Below, one piece after another: positions 1 through 12,526 of a stretch of DNA of 64,000 nt. The DNA comes from Octopus bimaculoides. Its lineage: Eukaryota. A program made the position numbers and the translations under genes. A model generated the notes under the pieces. That model was not told the origin of the DNA and searched no databases. It was given only the letters and a program-made list of their open reading frames with translations. The first letter of the stretch is position 1. Every line of letters begins with the position of its first letter. The DNA is taken from contig NC_068999.1 of NCBI RefSeq assembly GCF_001194135.2, positions 12,336,515 to 12,400,514 on the forward strand, in the 5' to 3' direction.

Positions 1-1845
1 CTTAGCTGAGCATCATTTTGTTGAGAGGTCTGTGCAGTCAAAGCTAATCTAAATTGAAAGAACGAGCTTATTACTCCCAACACGCCATTACGTATATTAT
101 CAGACCAAGTCAAAAAAGGATTTGGAAGTAATTTTAATGATTTTTGTCTCCCGTGCACATTAGAGAAATTCAAGATACGATTAGACTACAGCCGATCATA
201 GATCTGTTAACCCGGCTGAGTTAAATCCACCTAATAATGGCAGCCGTAGTAGCAGCAACAACAACGACAACAATGTGCTCACTGCTACCAATGCCAGTAC
301 AATATATGGTCCCTTTCATCTGTGAGTCACCTTGTTAGAAATATATCGCACCCCTCCGGGAAATACACAGTGATTAGTATAGTTTTGCTGGATATACTAT
401 GTCTGAGAATAACATTCACTTAGTATTGTCACGGTTGGAACTGATTTCACCTTATTCTCAGCTCGGTCTGGAATGACATGACTCTATATGCTATAAATAC
501 CACCAATTACAACAACACGAACATTTCGACATGATTTGTGGAGCTGTTAGAAATAATATATAAAACTTCTAGTAAGCACACTCTATATTTCAAATAAGGG
601 TAAAATGAATTCTCAGCTTCATGATATATAAAGAAATGGACGTCTGAGGCTGGGACACTTTATATCTAGGGTATTCTCGATCAATAGCAAGATAAAAACA
701 AATTGATCCTCCTTCTCATCGTCATCATTATCAGCATCATTATCACCATCAGCATCGTCATCTACAAAAATCATACTTCTTAAAAGTTGACTCGCCTTAA
801 TTATGTCATATGCTGACAGTCTCTGTATACTAATGCTGTATTTTCCAAGATGGAGTTGCGTAAAGTAAATCGTAATACTCACAGAGAACAGCGGTATTCA
901 AAACGGTGGCTTACGTATTTATACTTAATACTTACCGGTATATTATAATGGGAATATGGCAATCTCTGCTGTTTCCTCACGAGAGAACAGCTTCTTTGCA
1001 GAGAAAACGTGTCCATAACACGCTCAATTCATTAATAAATGTTAGTTACTCTTTACGTACTTTTCACTAGCAGTCCATGGCAAATTACTTATGCTGAAGT
1101 AGCAGCTAATATATTTTGTCTCTGGGATAGTAGAACAGTGTTTGTGCCAAACATTTTGATTTATCGCTCTTCCAGATATATTGCTGTCGAAATAATTTTG
1201 AAATACAAAGAAACATTTAATCTTGATCAACGTCACGATTTTACTAAATTATCAAATGTAATTACAGACACATAGCCAAGCTACAGAAATCACACGACTA
1301 TGTAACTATTGAGAAAGTATTTTATTGTTTTTTTTTTATTGTTATTGTAGTTTAGTACACAATTCGTAGGCTGGAAGACAAATGCAAATCGTTAAATAGG
1401 AAATGGACAAGCTCTGCAATATCAACATTTGAACAAATTGTTCTTATTTATCAGATTTTTTTTTAATGCAATACATTTGATTTTTCTATTTATTTCATGA
1501 GAGAGGTTTTTCTCTTTGCCTTTTTTCTTCGTTGTTGTTCAGGGTGTTTTTTACAGTCAGCTCCTTGCAAATCCGTCAAACCTCTTTGATACATTTTTCT
1601 TTGAACAGGCAACCATTTTCAACGTAAATCGATAAGTATTCATTGCGCAGCCAACATCTTCCACTTCATTAGCCCCAATTCAAAAGCTCTTTTACAACTG
1701 TCATAGTTTGGAGACTATAAGAAATGCCAAAAGAATCTTCTAGAATCAACAACACGAACAAAAACTACAAAATGAAAGAATTACGTGCACAAATAAATGA
1801 AAACGAGGCAGGAAAGAGCGAGAGAGAAAGCGAGAAAGAACGGCT

Positions 1846-1907
1846 GAGAGATAGAGAGAGAGGGGAGAAAGAGAGAGAGAGAGAGATAGAGAGAGAGGGG
1901 AGAAAGA

Positions 1908-1994
<87 letters not shown>
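1846..1994 (+). repeat. (AG)n microsatellite
   Basis: Long, mostly pure GA dinucleotide run; explains the ERER/LSLS ORFs at 1724-2029. Confidence 0.97.
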
Positions 1995-2003
<9 letters not shown>

Positions 2004-3054
2004 AATAGAGAGGAGTGAAAACAAAACAAGTAGGAAAAGCTATGAATACCTTATTAATTGAAAATTATAGAAAACTGCATGCAACATTATCGAAGTGCTG
2101 ATTATGCTTCAGGGAAATACAGTTATAATGTAGAAATTCAATGTTGTTTGTTAAGATGATTTTGTTTAGCCATGCTGTGTTTGTTTAACTTCATTGTGTT
2201 GATTAGACATATGATCACGGGCGTTCCATGCATGACAATCCTGTCTATATATTTAGAACATTGCTTAATGAGTTCTTCCTTTTTTTAAAAAAAAGACCAC
2301 GGATGTGATAGACTGAATCTAGAGTCATTTTAAACAGATGTAGCAGAACAGTTATAAGTAAATATTTGAAGGGGAAAATACAAAATAGCTCTGAATATCA
2401 GGGAATTTGGAGAATGTGTAAATTCAGTTTTTATTCTGATTGAATTCCATTTTTTTTGTCATTTTATAATTAGCTATCGGACCTCAGGTGTTACTATTTT
2501 AGCCTTTGTATAACTAGAGCTAAACTTATAAACTAGACAGGTAAGATAACAAAATTTTCTTCATTTTGATCATACTGCGGTTGGTCGTGTTTCTGCTTAG
2601 CCGCTGCAGAATATTTCTGATTAAATGAATATTATTGCCTTAACAGTCAATTTGTTTGTGCGGATCTAGAAATAACAATGTTCAATATTTACTTAATTCT
2701 ATAGGTAGTGCGGAATAATTTAAGAGATATCTATACTTCCAAATACCTAATATGTTACTTAGTTGGGCGCGTTTACCAATAGCAGCTGGGCCTACATTTG
2801 AAATAATAATTTCTGTCTTAATATACTGAATATTTTTATTGTTGGGGATGCTTTCAAATCGATAAGGTATATATTGCCTTCACTCTTGATAGTTCCTGAG
2901 ATAAACTCCACTACAGAGTTGTAACTATGTCTCTATATCACGAATACAATTTGTTTTATCATAAATGTTTGGCTGGAATAGCGATAGGATTCCTTTAGGA
3001 ATTTTGATTGTATTTCACTAATATCTCATAGATGAAAGGTATATTTCTCAATAT

Positions 3055-3700
3055 ATACATTCTGGACATTTTCGATGGCTTCTCTGTGATTTTCCTGATG
3101 TCTCAACGTACCGCTGGCTATGGAGAAATGTATCAGAACACGAATAAGAATGAATCCATCTCTTCTTTCGAAATAATAAGCATGACTTTCTTCGTCGATT
3201 GCTAACTCTTAAAGTTCTTAGATCTTCCTGAATATGAGTGAGACATCTACAGCTACGTCCACATTTCATGTTCTAGCACCAGATCGGATAAACGTGCCTT
3301 GATTGGGTTCAAACGCCTTCAGAATATCAATGTAGACTTCCCCTATTTTCTGCTTCAAATAGTATGTAACCAGCTGAGACATCTACCCTGCACACATTTT
3401 AGTTAGCATCATCTTCTATTATCTACCGTAAAATATTCTGATCACAGAGGAGTTGTGCAGCACATTCACAAACTGCGACTCGTTTGTTCGTGTGGATCAG
3501 TTGGTCTAATCGCTCGTGATTAGTGTCAATGGCTGCTTTAAATATTCTCCCACATTTTTCGATTGGCCTTGACTGCATACGTCATCTTCAAAACATTTCA
3601 TCACTCTGTTTACACTGCATTTGTCACTGACTTTTTCTCTGCAAACACACTGTAGTCTTCCGTATATATCAGATAGCCGGAAGTGCCCCCATTACCAAAT
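3055..3700 (-). mobile_element. Heavily decayed mariner transposase remnant
   Basis: Minus-strand pieces across frameshifts read IYGRLQCV, FEDDVCSQG, KMCAG*MSQL (cf. KVCARWVPR), TKKVMLII, DGFILIRVL (cf. KVMLTIFWD..GFILID) and SQRYVET (cf. NSERYVETL). Confidence 0.65.
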
Positions 3701-4480
3701 GCATCACAAATACGATGAATGTTTGTTGCTTCGACTTAAAAACCCATTATTTGTGTGACTGAAGAACAACAAGAGTTACTTTGAAGAAAGAACTTCTATA
3801 CCAAACTTGACAATCAAAAACCCCTAATATGAATTAATAATAAAATGTCAAGCATATTCTTGTATTTCTTACTGAAAAGATTATGGCAGTATAGTATTCT
3901 CGCTTTAGAAATAATAGTCAGACTTCAACTTCCTCAAAAACAACTCTCACATATTAAATAAAAGAGGAACTGGGCAGCCGTCGTTGTCATGACTAGAAAG
4001 CCAGTGTTCATATATATATATATATATCTACTGAATATGAATTTATCTGGACATAAAACAAGATTAACCATAACAACCTATGAATTTCATAGAGTTAGAG
4101 CTTTTCTGAGATGAAAAACTGGAGTATAAGTTCTTCCCTAGAAGTAGAAAGGACCAACTCGACAACTTACAAAGTCGAGAATAAATACAGAAGGGAAATA
4201 TATTGAGCGTGCTGTCAAAGTCTTACGCTTACAACAAAGAAAATGTATATATTCAATGGCGATCAACCGTCTGACACATAATAAAGACGGTAGAATGATG
4301 AGAGGTTCTCTGTCAAATATAGTTGTCTATATTCATGAGACATAAGAACGCAATGGAATATAATCATTATTTAGAAGAACAAGCATGTTACTTCATTAGG
4401 ATTCGAATACAGCAACAAAAACAACACGTCAACTTTTCCTGTTATTATAGCGTATATTGTAACACTTACAAGGACTGCAC

Positions 4481-4532
<52 letters not shown>

Positions 4533-5666
4533 TAGAGAAAGAGAAAGAGAAATACAGAGATTGACAGATTACTCAAACATATATGATAAGAAATATACGT
4601 TGGTAAATAACCTAATTACGGGTCAAATGTTACCTGCTACTCTCCGTTCAGATGCTATTCAGCCATTTCATATAAGGCAGCTAACGATTACATGAAAAAT
4701 TATTAACTTTTCGGCACAAGTTTATATTTTCTTTTAAACTAGTCTTTATTTGATTTCTTTACAACATTTATTTCCCAATGGTTCTTTATATGTTATTATG
4801 AGATCAAGATTTATCAGACATTTTTTTTTGTTTTTATTTTTGTAGAGTCCCTTAGCAAAATAATATTAACCATGCAAGCGCCTCTTTATGATCTGTACAT
4901 GAGTTTGGTAGTGCGCATGTACGAATGAATTTTTCCAATAGAGAAAACCGGTAAGTCTTCAACAAGACTCAGTATTTGACCTGTAACTTATTAATTTCAT
5001 CAGTGTATCTTCCTGACCATTAACAGTGAGTTCTGAATATAAGGATATGATAATATAAATCATATCTTAACATCTCCGCAGTTATTATTGAAGGTCAGCT
5101 GTTGAAACTATTGATACGTAAATCTAATTTATCATTTGCCAAACGATCCTCTCTGTGTAAATTCATATATATTCGTTTTAAACTTGACTGAAGTATCAAA
5201 ATCAATGGCTACACTGACAATGGCGAGAAAACCAACAATAAATATTTTCAGATCAAAGCGTTCACAGGTTTCAGTTGCCAGTTTGACCCGATATCAATTA
5301 TATGTCTGTAAGAACGAAATCTGTACTATATCGCCTTGAATATATTTGCATTACAACGACACATTAGTCAATATTAACAAAGAAGAACTTAAATGAAACA
5401 CAAACTGCATTTCATCAAAAGTGATATTACAGACAAGGTTATTAATTAGTATATAAATTGTCGACTTGAAAGCTGCTTCCGGACATTGTCGCTATAATAG
5501 CAGAGTATTAGGGACGAATCACAGAGATATAAACCACAATTTTTTGTAATGCATCTAAAGTACTATAAGTGAAGAAGGAAAAGGTGAAGCAACATATAAA
5601 TACTCTGTCAGTAGTCACTGTGATTAATTCACCAGGAAATACCTTTTAAACCTACACGCCATTAAT

Positions 5667-5747
<81 letters not shown>

Positions 5748-5752
5748 GTAGT
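5667..5752 (+). repeat. (TAG)n microsatellite
   Basis: Near-perfect AGT/TAG run. Confidence 0.97.
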
Positions 5753-8700
5753 AAGGTAATAAGAATAAAATACCAATAACAGCAGCATCAGTAATAAGAG
5801 CAACAACACCAGTGGCAAAAACAACAATAATAATAATGAACACATGAACAAAATATGAATAGAATATGAATACTTTTACTTCAGGGATCATCTTTGACTT
5901 AAGATTCATTTCTTGAATTCTGGTAAGTAGGCCAACAAAACTACGAAAACCATATAACACAATGCGAGCAAATTTACGCAGCAAAAATATTTGTACAAAA
6001 TTATACATTAACTAATGTTTGCTGTCTTCAATTATTGATTCAGAAGTCGATCCTGTTGGTTTCGATGAATAAGCTATACAATTTCAAACATTAACGCTCT
6101 TAGAAAGCCAATGCTAATATTTGGAAGTGTTGTAAAAATATATCTTCTGTAAAGTAAACTGGAAATTCTAATATACATTTAACGCGTGCATCATGAATTA
6201 TGCATAAAACATGAATACACTGTGTGAGAATATGCATACATGGATGCATACATATGTATATAGATATATGTGTACATATATATGTATGTATATATATATA
6301 TATATNNNNNNNNNNNNNNNNNNNNNNNNNNNNNNNNNNNNNNNNNNNNNNNNNNNNNNNNNNNNNNNNNNNNNNNNNNNNNNNNNNNNNNNNNNNNNNN
6401 NNNNNNNNNNNNNNNNNNNNNNNNNNNNNNNNNNNNNNNNNNNNNNNNNNNNNNNNNNNNNNNNNNNNNNNNNNNNNNNNNNNNNNNNNNNNNNNNNNNN
6501 NNNNNNNNNNNNNNNNNNNNNNNNNNNNNNNNNNNNNNNNNNNNNNNNNNNNNNNNNNNNNNNNNNNNNNNNNNNNNNNNNNNNNNNNNNNNNNNNNNNN
6601 NNNNNNNNNNNNNNNNNNNNNNNNNNNNNNNNNNNNNNNNNNNNNNNNNNNNNNNNNNNNNNNNNNNNNNNNNNNNNNNNNNNNNNNNNNNNNNNNNNNN
6701 NNNNNNNNNNNNNNNNNNNNNNNNNNNNNNNNNNNNNNNNNNNNNNNNNNNNNNNNNNNNNNNNNNNNNNNNNNNNNNNNNNNNNNNNNNNNNNNNNNNN
6801 NNNNNNNNNNNNNNNNNNNNNNNNNNNNNNNNNNNNNNNNNNNNNNNNNNNNNNNNNNNNNNNNNNNNNNNNNNNNNNNNNNNNNNNNNNNNNNNNNNNN
6901 NNNNNNNNNNNNNNNNNNNNNNNNNNNNNTATATATTGATATATATTTATTTATTTATTTATTTATATTTATATTCAGGGCATTTCTACACGTAAATGCC
7001 TCACGCTATGAGGGAATCTTAAAGTCAAATCTACCATGATAAATACAGTGTACCGAACGCGGAGGAATACAACTCTTGAAGCGAACGATTAATAGCAGAT
7101 TCAGCCGAAAATCATATGATTTCATAACTACTGCAGAAAATGCATTTGTTAATCGTCAGTCCAGGTAAAACCAAGACACATAAAAATGAACAAAAAAATC
7201 AACATACCAAACGAACACCAAATGTATCCAGCATATTACATAGAGACGTTCAATTTTAAGAGTTCGTGTTAAGAGTTGCATCCCCTCACGTTCGATACAC
7301 TGTAATTATTATGGTAGTTTTGACTTGTGTCCACATAGCGTGAGGCATTTACGTGTAGTAATGCCCTTAATACAAATATATTTAAATGAAATAATTATAA
7401 ATTTTTATCTTTTGTGGTCTTTCATGCTGACTACTTGATAAATTCTTATTAAGATTTTATCCAATTTTTAAATTTCACACACACACACACACACNNNNNN
7501 NNNNNNNNNNNNNNNNNNNNNNNNNNNNNNNNNNNNNNNNNNNNNNNNNNNNNNNNNNNNNNNNNNNNNNNNNNNNNNNNNNNNNNNNNNNNNNNNNNNN
7601 NNNNNNNNNNNNNNNNNNNNNNNNNNNNNNNNNNNNNNNNNNNNNNNNNNNNNNNNNNNNNNNNNNNNNNNNNNNNNNNNNNNNNNNNTATATATATATT
7701 ATAATGGAGGAAACGTCTTATTAATTAGGTATGTAACAGTTACTAAAAGAAAGCAATTATTAAAGGATTGACCGCCTGGAAATTTCTTTATATATTCATG
7801 TTCCAAGACATTTCGATTGTAATTTCGATTTCTGAAGTTTATAGGATGCTTGAAATACAAATTTTTCACTAAAGTAAATATTCGTTCCATTCACTGTAGA
7901 GTAGATTTTAATGTTTAATAGGAGACGCAAATTCCATGCAGCCGAAATTTACCGTTTGCTTTGAGACAAAATATATGTATAAGTTTCAGGCTTATGACAC
8001 GAGGCAGAATTTCAAGAATAATGTTAGTTTCTGGAGTCTGTTAAATGAATATAACGGTATAATTTTTAAAAGAACACGAAGCGATTTTGTTTCGAACGCT
8101 ATATGCTGTTTGGAACGCTATAAGCCTTACATTAATAACAATGTAATCGCTGCTATTTCTAGCAGGCTAAATATAGTTAGGTTAACTTGAAGATTGTTTA
8201 AATTAAAGATATATCACAACTATGATAAATTTCTGAAAGAAATATTTACTAAGCAAGTGAGAATATTTTATAAATTGAAGTTTTCAGGAAAATTTACTCT
8301 CTGAACTTCCTTTTATTATTGATTATTTCAAGTTCAAAAATTTAAATATTCGGTACAAAATAGTTTTTAATGAGCTTTTATTAATACGATTTTTTTCATT
8401 TCATGTTTAGTTTATTCACTGTTTGCAATGCTCTCTCTCCCTCTCTGTCTCACACACACAGTCTCTCTAATATAAACGCATATGCACACACACACACCAG
8501 AGGTTTGATTTCTTTATACACGAATATCACATTAGAATTTTGCAATTCAGCATGGGGCGCCCCAAAAGTATGGTACAGAAAAAGATTCAGCAGCAAAGTC
8601 ACAACGGCAGAGAGAAAGACGGGCAACTGAATCAGATGAAAGAACTTGTTAAAACTTACCTAAGCTTCGAACGCATGCAACTTATTTCCTTACCGTCGTT

Positions 8701-9018
8701 ATCGAATTTACCAAGTGGATTTATTTCTCTGGCTATCTGATGAACTATAGGTATTGAAATACCTCTATGTGATCGCTGCTATTTTTTGCACACTAAACGT
8801 AGTTGGAAAAACTTGATAATAGTTTAAAAAACGGAGATTATGACTGTGATAAAATAATGAAATATTTACTATTATACAAATATGTATACTAATATTTACT
8901 ATCATACAAAGAAATAATTAGACGTAAAATATCATAAAAATATTACTAGAATTGGGAATCAAATGTGAAATTATTTTCAACTTAGTAACAAAATACTACA
9001 CGTAGGGCGGTCTTTCTG

Positions 9019-9022
<4 letters not shown>

Positions 9023-9075
<53 letters not shown>
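9023..9075 (+). repeat. (TA)n microsatellite
   Basis: Perfect TA run. Confidence 0.97.
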
Positions 9076-9078
<3 letters not shown>

Positions 9079-12000
9079 TTTCCTGTGAATCCGTATTGCA
9101 GTGATCATGATGTTATAGCTATTGTTGATGACATTTTGTCAGCAACAGTGTGACTGCCTCTTCACGAATGATGAACAAGCACTACACCACTGAGTGATGA
9201 AGTGTATGGACTGCAAAGAGAGCTATGTTGAAAAAAATAAATCTCATTTGGTCATAATCCGTGAGAGTATCTTGGTCAGCTTATGAGAGTAGTTGAGAGG
9301 AGAAAAAATAAATTAGATTATATGTATATGTTTTAAGAATACATGTTTTTTCAGTCTTTTTAGTATGCTACCTATTCTATTTGACATTAAATGAGACTAA
9401 CGATGAATGGTCAGGTTGCAGTATAAACTGAAATTGAGTAATAAGAATCCGAACTATCTTTTACATCGATTTATTCAGGAATATGTAGCCTGTAATCCGC
9501 AGAAAATTTAATAAAACTAAACCATAAATATGGTTGATGGACGGAAGAAATCGCGAGATATCTTGCTGCAGAGGGAAGAAATGAAACTGGTGTGAAATTT
9601 TAATATGGATAATATCAAAGTAGGAAATACACTGACAAACTAAACTAAACATTACAAAAATGCAGCTATTAAACGAACTCACGGAAACTCGTTAAGTTAG
9701 AAACAGTAGATATAAAAGTGAAATACCTTCAAGGGTAAATATTAGGAAGAACATTTTCCAGGACTCTAAATATAAATTAATGATTTCTGAAATAGACAGA
9801 TTAACAAAATGTGCATAGCAACATATTAATGAAATGATATCAATGTATATACATGAATTCTACTGAAACTATCAACGAACAATAAATAAACAAATACACT
9901 GTTTCAATAATGGGGAGCAAAGCTTAGAGAAACAGGATGTAATTATCTAATCAACAAGCAGAAACAGGACAAGTGCTGCAGTAGCCAGTGGCAAAAGAAA
10001 TATAGATGAAGAATTTAAGAAGCAAATGTTTAGAAAGAAAAATATGTCATCATTAAGGCAATAAGCAGTGATGCTCAACAGCGGAAAATAAAACATCCTC
10101 TAAAGTGTCAAATGAAATTTCGACAATCATAGAAGATGCCTGAAACAAGAATACCACAACTCGAGGAACTAATCAATGATGACAATAGCATAAGTCAAAT
10201 ACACAATATTTCTACAAAGTATATGAGCAAAAGCCGAACGAGTGAGGTCAGCTTTGACCTGACGATCGCGTATTTGAATCCGGATTTGCGAGATAGAAGA
10301 ATTGTATACAGAGCAGAACTCTAACCGAATGTTATTAGGAGTACTTAGCTTTTCTTTTCTCGGTAACTGTAACATTTGAATAGTTTACAGATGTGTTAGT
10401 GTGCAACAAGTCGTTACTATTTCCTGATAACGAAATAGCAGTTCATATTTGCAGACGATGTTGCTTCTGGAAAAAGCAGTCATGTTTTCCCTTATAAATA
10501 TATATATATAATATTGTAACCGAAATTTATTGTAACCGAAATTTTCAATCGTTGTAGCTGGATGCATTTTATATGTTGCATGATCATTTTTCATATATTA
10601 GAGAAAAACGTAGGTGTATGATAGCATGCATCTTCTGAGAAAAAAAAATGTATATTACATTAATTAGAAAGACAAGCGACGTCGCTCTATATTACATTTT
10701 CTAACATCATTGCTATTGAAATGTCTCGCGTTAGAGTCATATTAAAATGTAGTTTAACATATTTTAATAAAGCGTTGACATTAGCAGAGACAACAATAAC
10801 ACCTGAGGAAACTGAGTTCTAGACCTAGTTTAACATTTCCTGGCAATTACTACGCAGGTATGACGATGAATTTAATTAAGTTTGCTTCACAAAATTATTC
10901 GCGTGTTAATCGGACACACAGACAAACCCACCAAACTATATACACACCAAAACATCTATGTAACTACCTACGTACCTGCCAATTTACATACCAACCTACC
11001 AACCGACCTACATACTTGTCTATCTATTTACCTTTGTATCTACCAGGCCGTCCACATCTCTACCTACCCACCTTAATCTAGTTAGCATATATATATATAT
11101 ATACATATATAAGGAGGCTGTGTTCAAGTTTATGTTTGTGCGTAGACACCTATGTGTATGCAGTTGTGATTTGGCGTATCTTAGTTTTTCACTATAATAA
11201 CGGGGAATGATTTATTTACCAAATGTCAAAATAGAAATCCTGCTTCCTTTTCTTGTATTGAAATTAATTGTAATGTATTCGTTTGTTAAATCCTTTGCGA
11301 TATTTGCTTTGGTCTATGCTACATTCGCTTCTTTACTTTTACCGCGATCTGAATGAAATGAGAGAGTCGACTTGTCACTAACACAAAATGACATTCTCTA
11401 TCGCTCATCGTTTGATATATAACAAAATAAATCATGACATTGTGCAACCTATTCTATAAATAGATAAAAATAAACACATAGCAATGTATTCTTAAGAAGG
11501 GAAAGAAGATAGACGCAAATTGTACAGCACAAAGCAGCTCAAGGAAGAAGTATGATTGGTAAACCGTTTTCACGCAGTGATTTATATTTCTGCTTTACCT
11601 AGAGTAATTTATATTGACCTCTGCAGGTTATATAAATAATATCATAAGCAAGAATTTAATATATTTGGAATAGAATAATGTTCTTGTCTACAGTTCCTAT
11701 AGTAACAACTCTTTGGCCTGTGTAATCTCCGTTCTTTTTCAGGTGATTAACATATTCGGTAAAGTTCTTGAATTTTTCAACAGAACCAGTACTTAAATCC
11801 ATTAGTGTAGTTTATTGTGACTCCGTTGCCCGTAATAATATATTCTCATATAAGTCGTCCCTCTAATTTTAATGTGGCTTCTCCGCTCCACTTTAACTAA
11901 AGTGTATGCAAATTTATTAATTAAATGACTGAAGAAACACCCCGGTAAAAACTCTAATTAATACTGTATATGCTGGCGTAAAGGACACGCATTTCTATTC

Positions 12001-12093
12001 TTAAAAATAGGAGCATATTGCCATTGGTATAGTAGTGCACCGATTGTATGAGTGTATGACGAAACAGTTAAAATTTATTTTATGAGCAAGATA

Positions 12094-12283
12094 GAAGCAG
12101 GAGTGGCTGTGTGGTAAGTAGCTTACTCACCAACCACATGGTTCCAGGTTCAGTCCCACTGCGTAGCATCTTGGGCAAGTGTCTTCTACTATAGCATCGG
12201 GCCAACAAAAGCCTTGTGAGTTTATTTGGTAGACGGAAAATGAAAGAATCCCGTCGTATATATATATGTATATATATATATGT

Positions 12284-12334
<51 letters not shown>

Positions 12335-12526
12335 TCCCCTAGCATTGCTTGAGAACCGATGCTGGTGTGCTTATGTCCCCGTCACTTAGCGGTCGGTTCG
12401 GCAAAAGAGACCGATGGAATAAGTACTAGGCTTACAAAGAATAAGTCCCGGGGTCGATTTGCTCGACTAAATGCGGTGCTCCAGCATGGCCGCAGTCAAA
12501 TGACTGAAACAAGTAAAAGAATAAGA
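12094..12526 (+). mobile_element. tRNA-derived SINE family A, near full length, internal (TA)n(TG)n
   Basis: tRNA-like head (gtggctgtgtggtaag ... ggttccaggttcagtcc), body, internal microsatellite and 3' tail ccagcatggccgcagtcaaatgactgaaacaagtaaaaga; homologous copies at 30.8, 33.3, 37.0, 50.2 and 58.9 kb. Confidence 0.9.

Noticed and set aside
6211-7039. Long ORFs spanning N runs (also at 18.5, 20.1, 22.9, 25.9, 27.2, 31.2, 32.7, 43.3, 46.5, 47.5, 50.6, 51.5 and 63.1 kb)
   Set aside because: They are open only because N codons and flanking dinucleotide repeats contain no stops.
7049-7165. Stop-free 39-codon stretch ending at AG/GTAAAA
   Set aside because: Weak acceptor and donor and no recognisable peptide; expected by chance.
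8737-8770. CTGATGA followed by GAAA (hammerhead candidate)
   Set aside because: No stem II or stem I consistent with hammerhead geometry; the GAAA lies in the loop of an unrelated aggtat/atacct hairpin.
10251-10312. CTGACGA with a 5-bp stem II-like helix
   Set aside because: It is followed by GATA rather than GAAA, with no credible stem III; probably chance.
9400-10330. Possible decayed non-LTR RT on the plus strand (YKLMISEIDRL echo)
   Set aside because: Only one or two weak motif echoes; too degraded to call by eye. It needs a frameshift-aware profile search.
12094-12165. tRNA-like sequences at SINE heads (also 30358, 35033, 44700, 46050, 50166 and 55972)
   Set aside because: They continue into SINE bodies and do not form complete cloverleaves; they are not tRNA genes.
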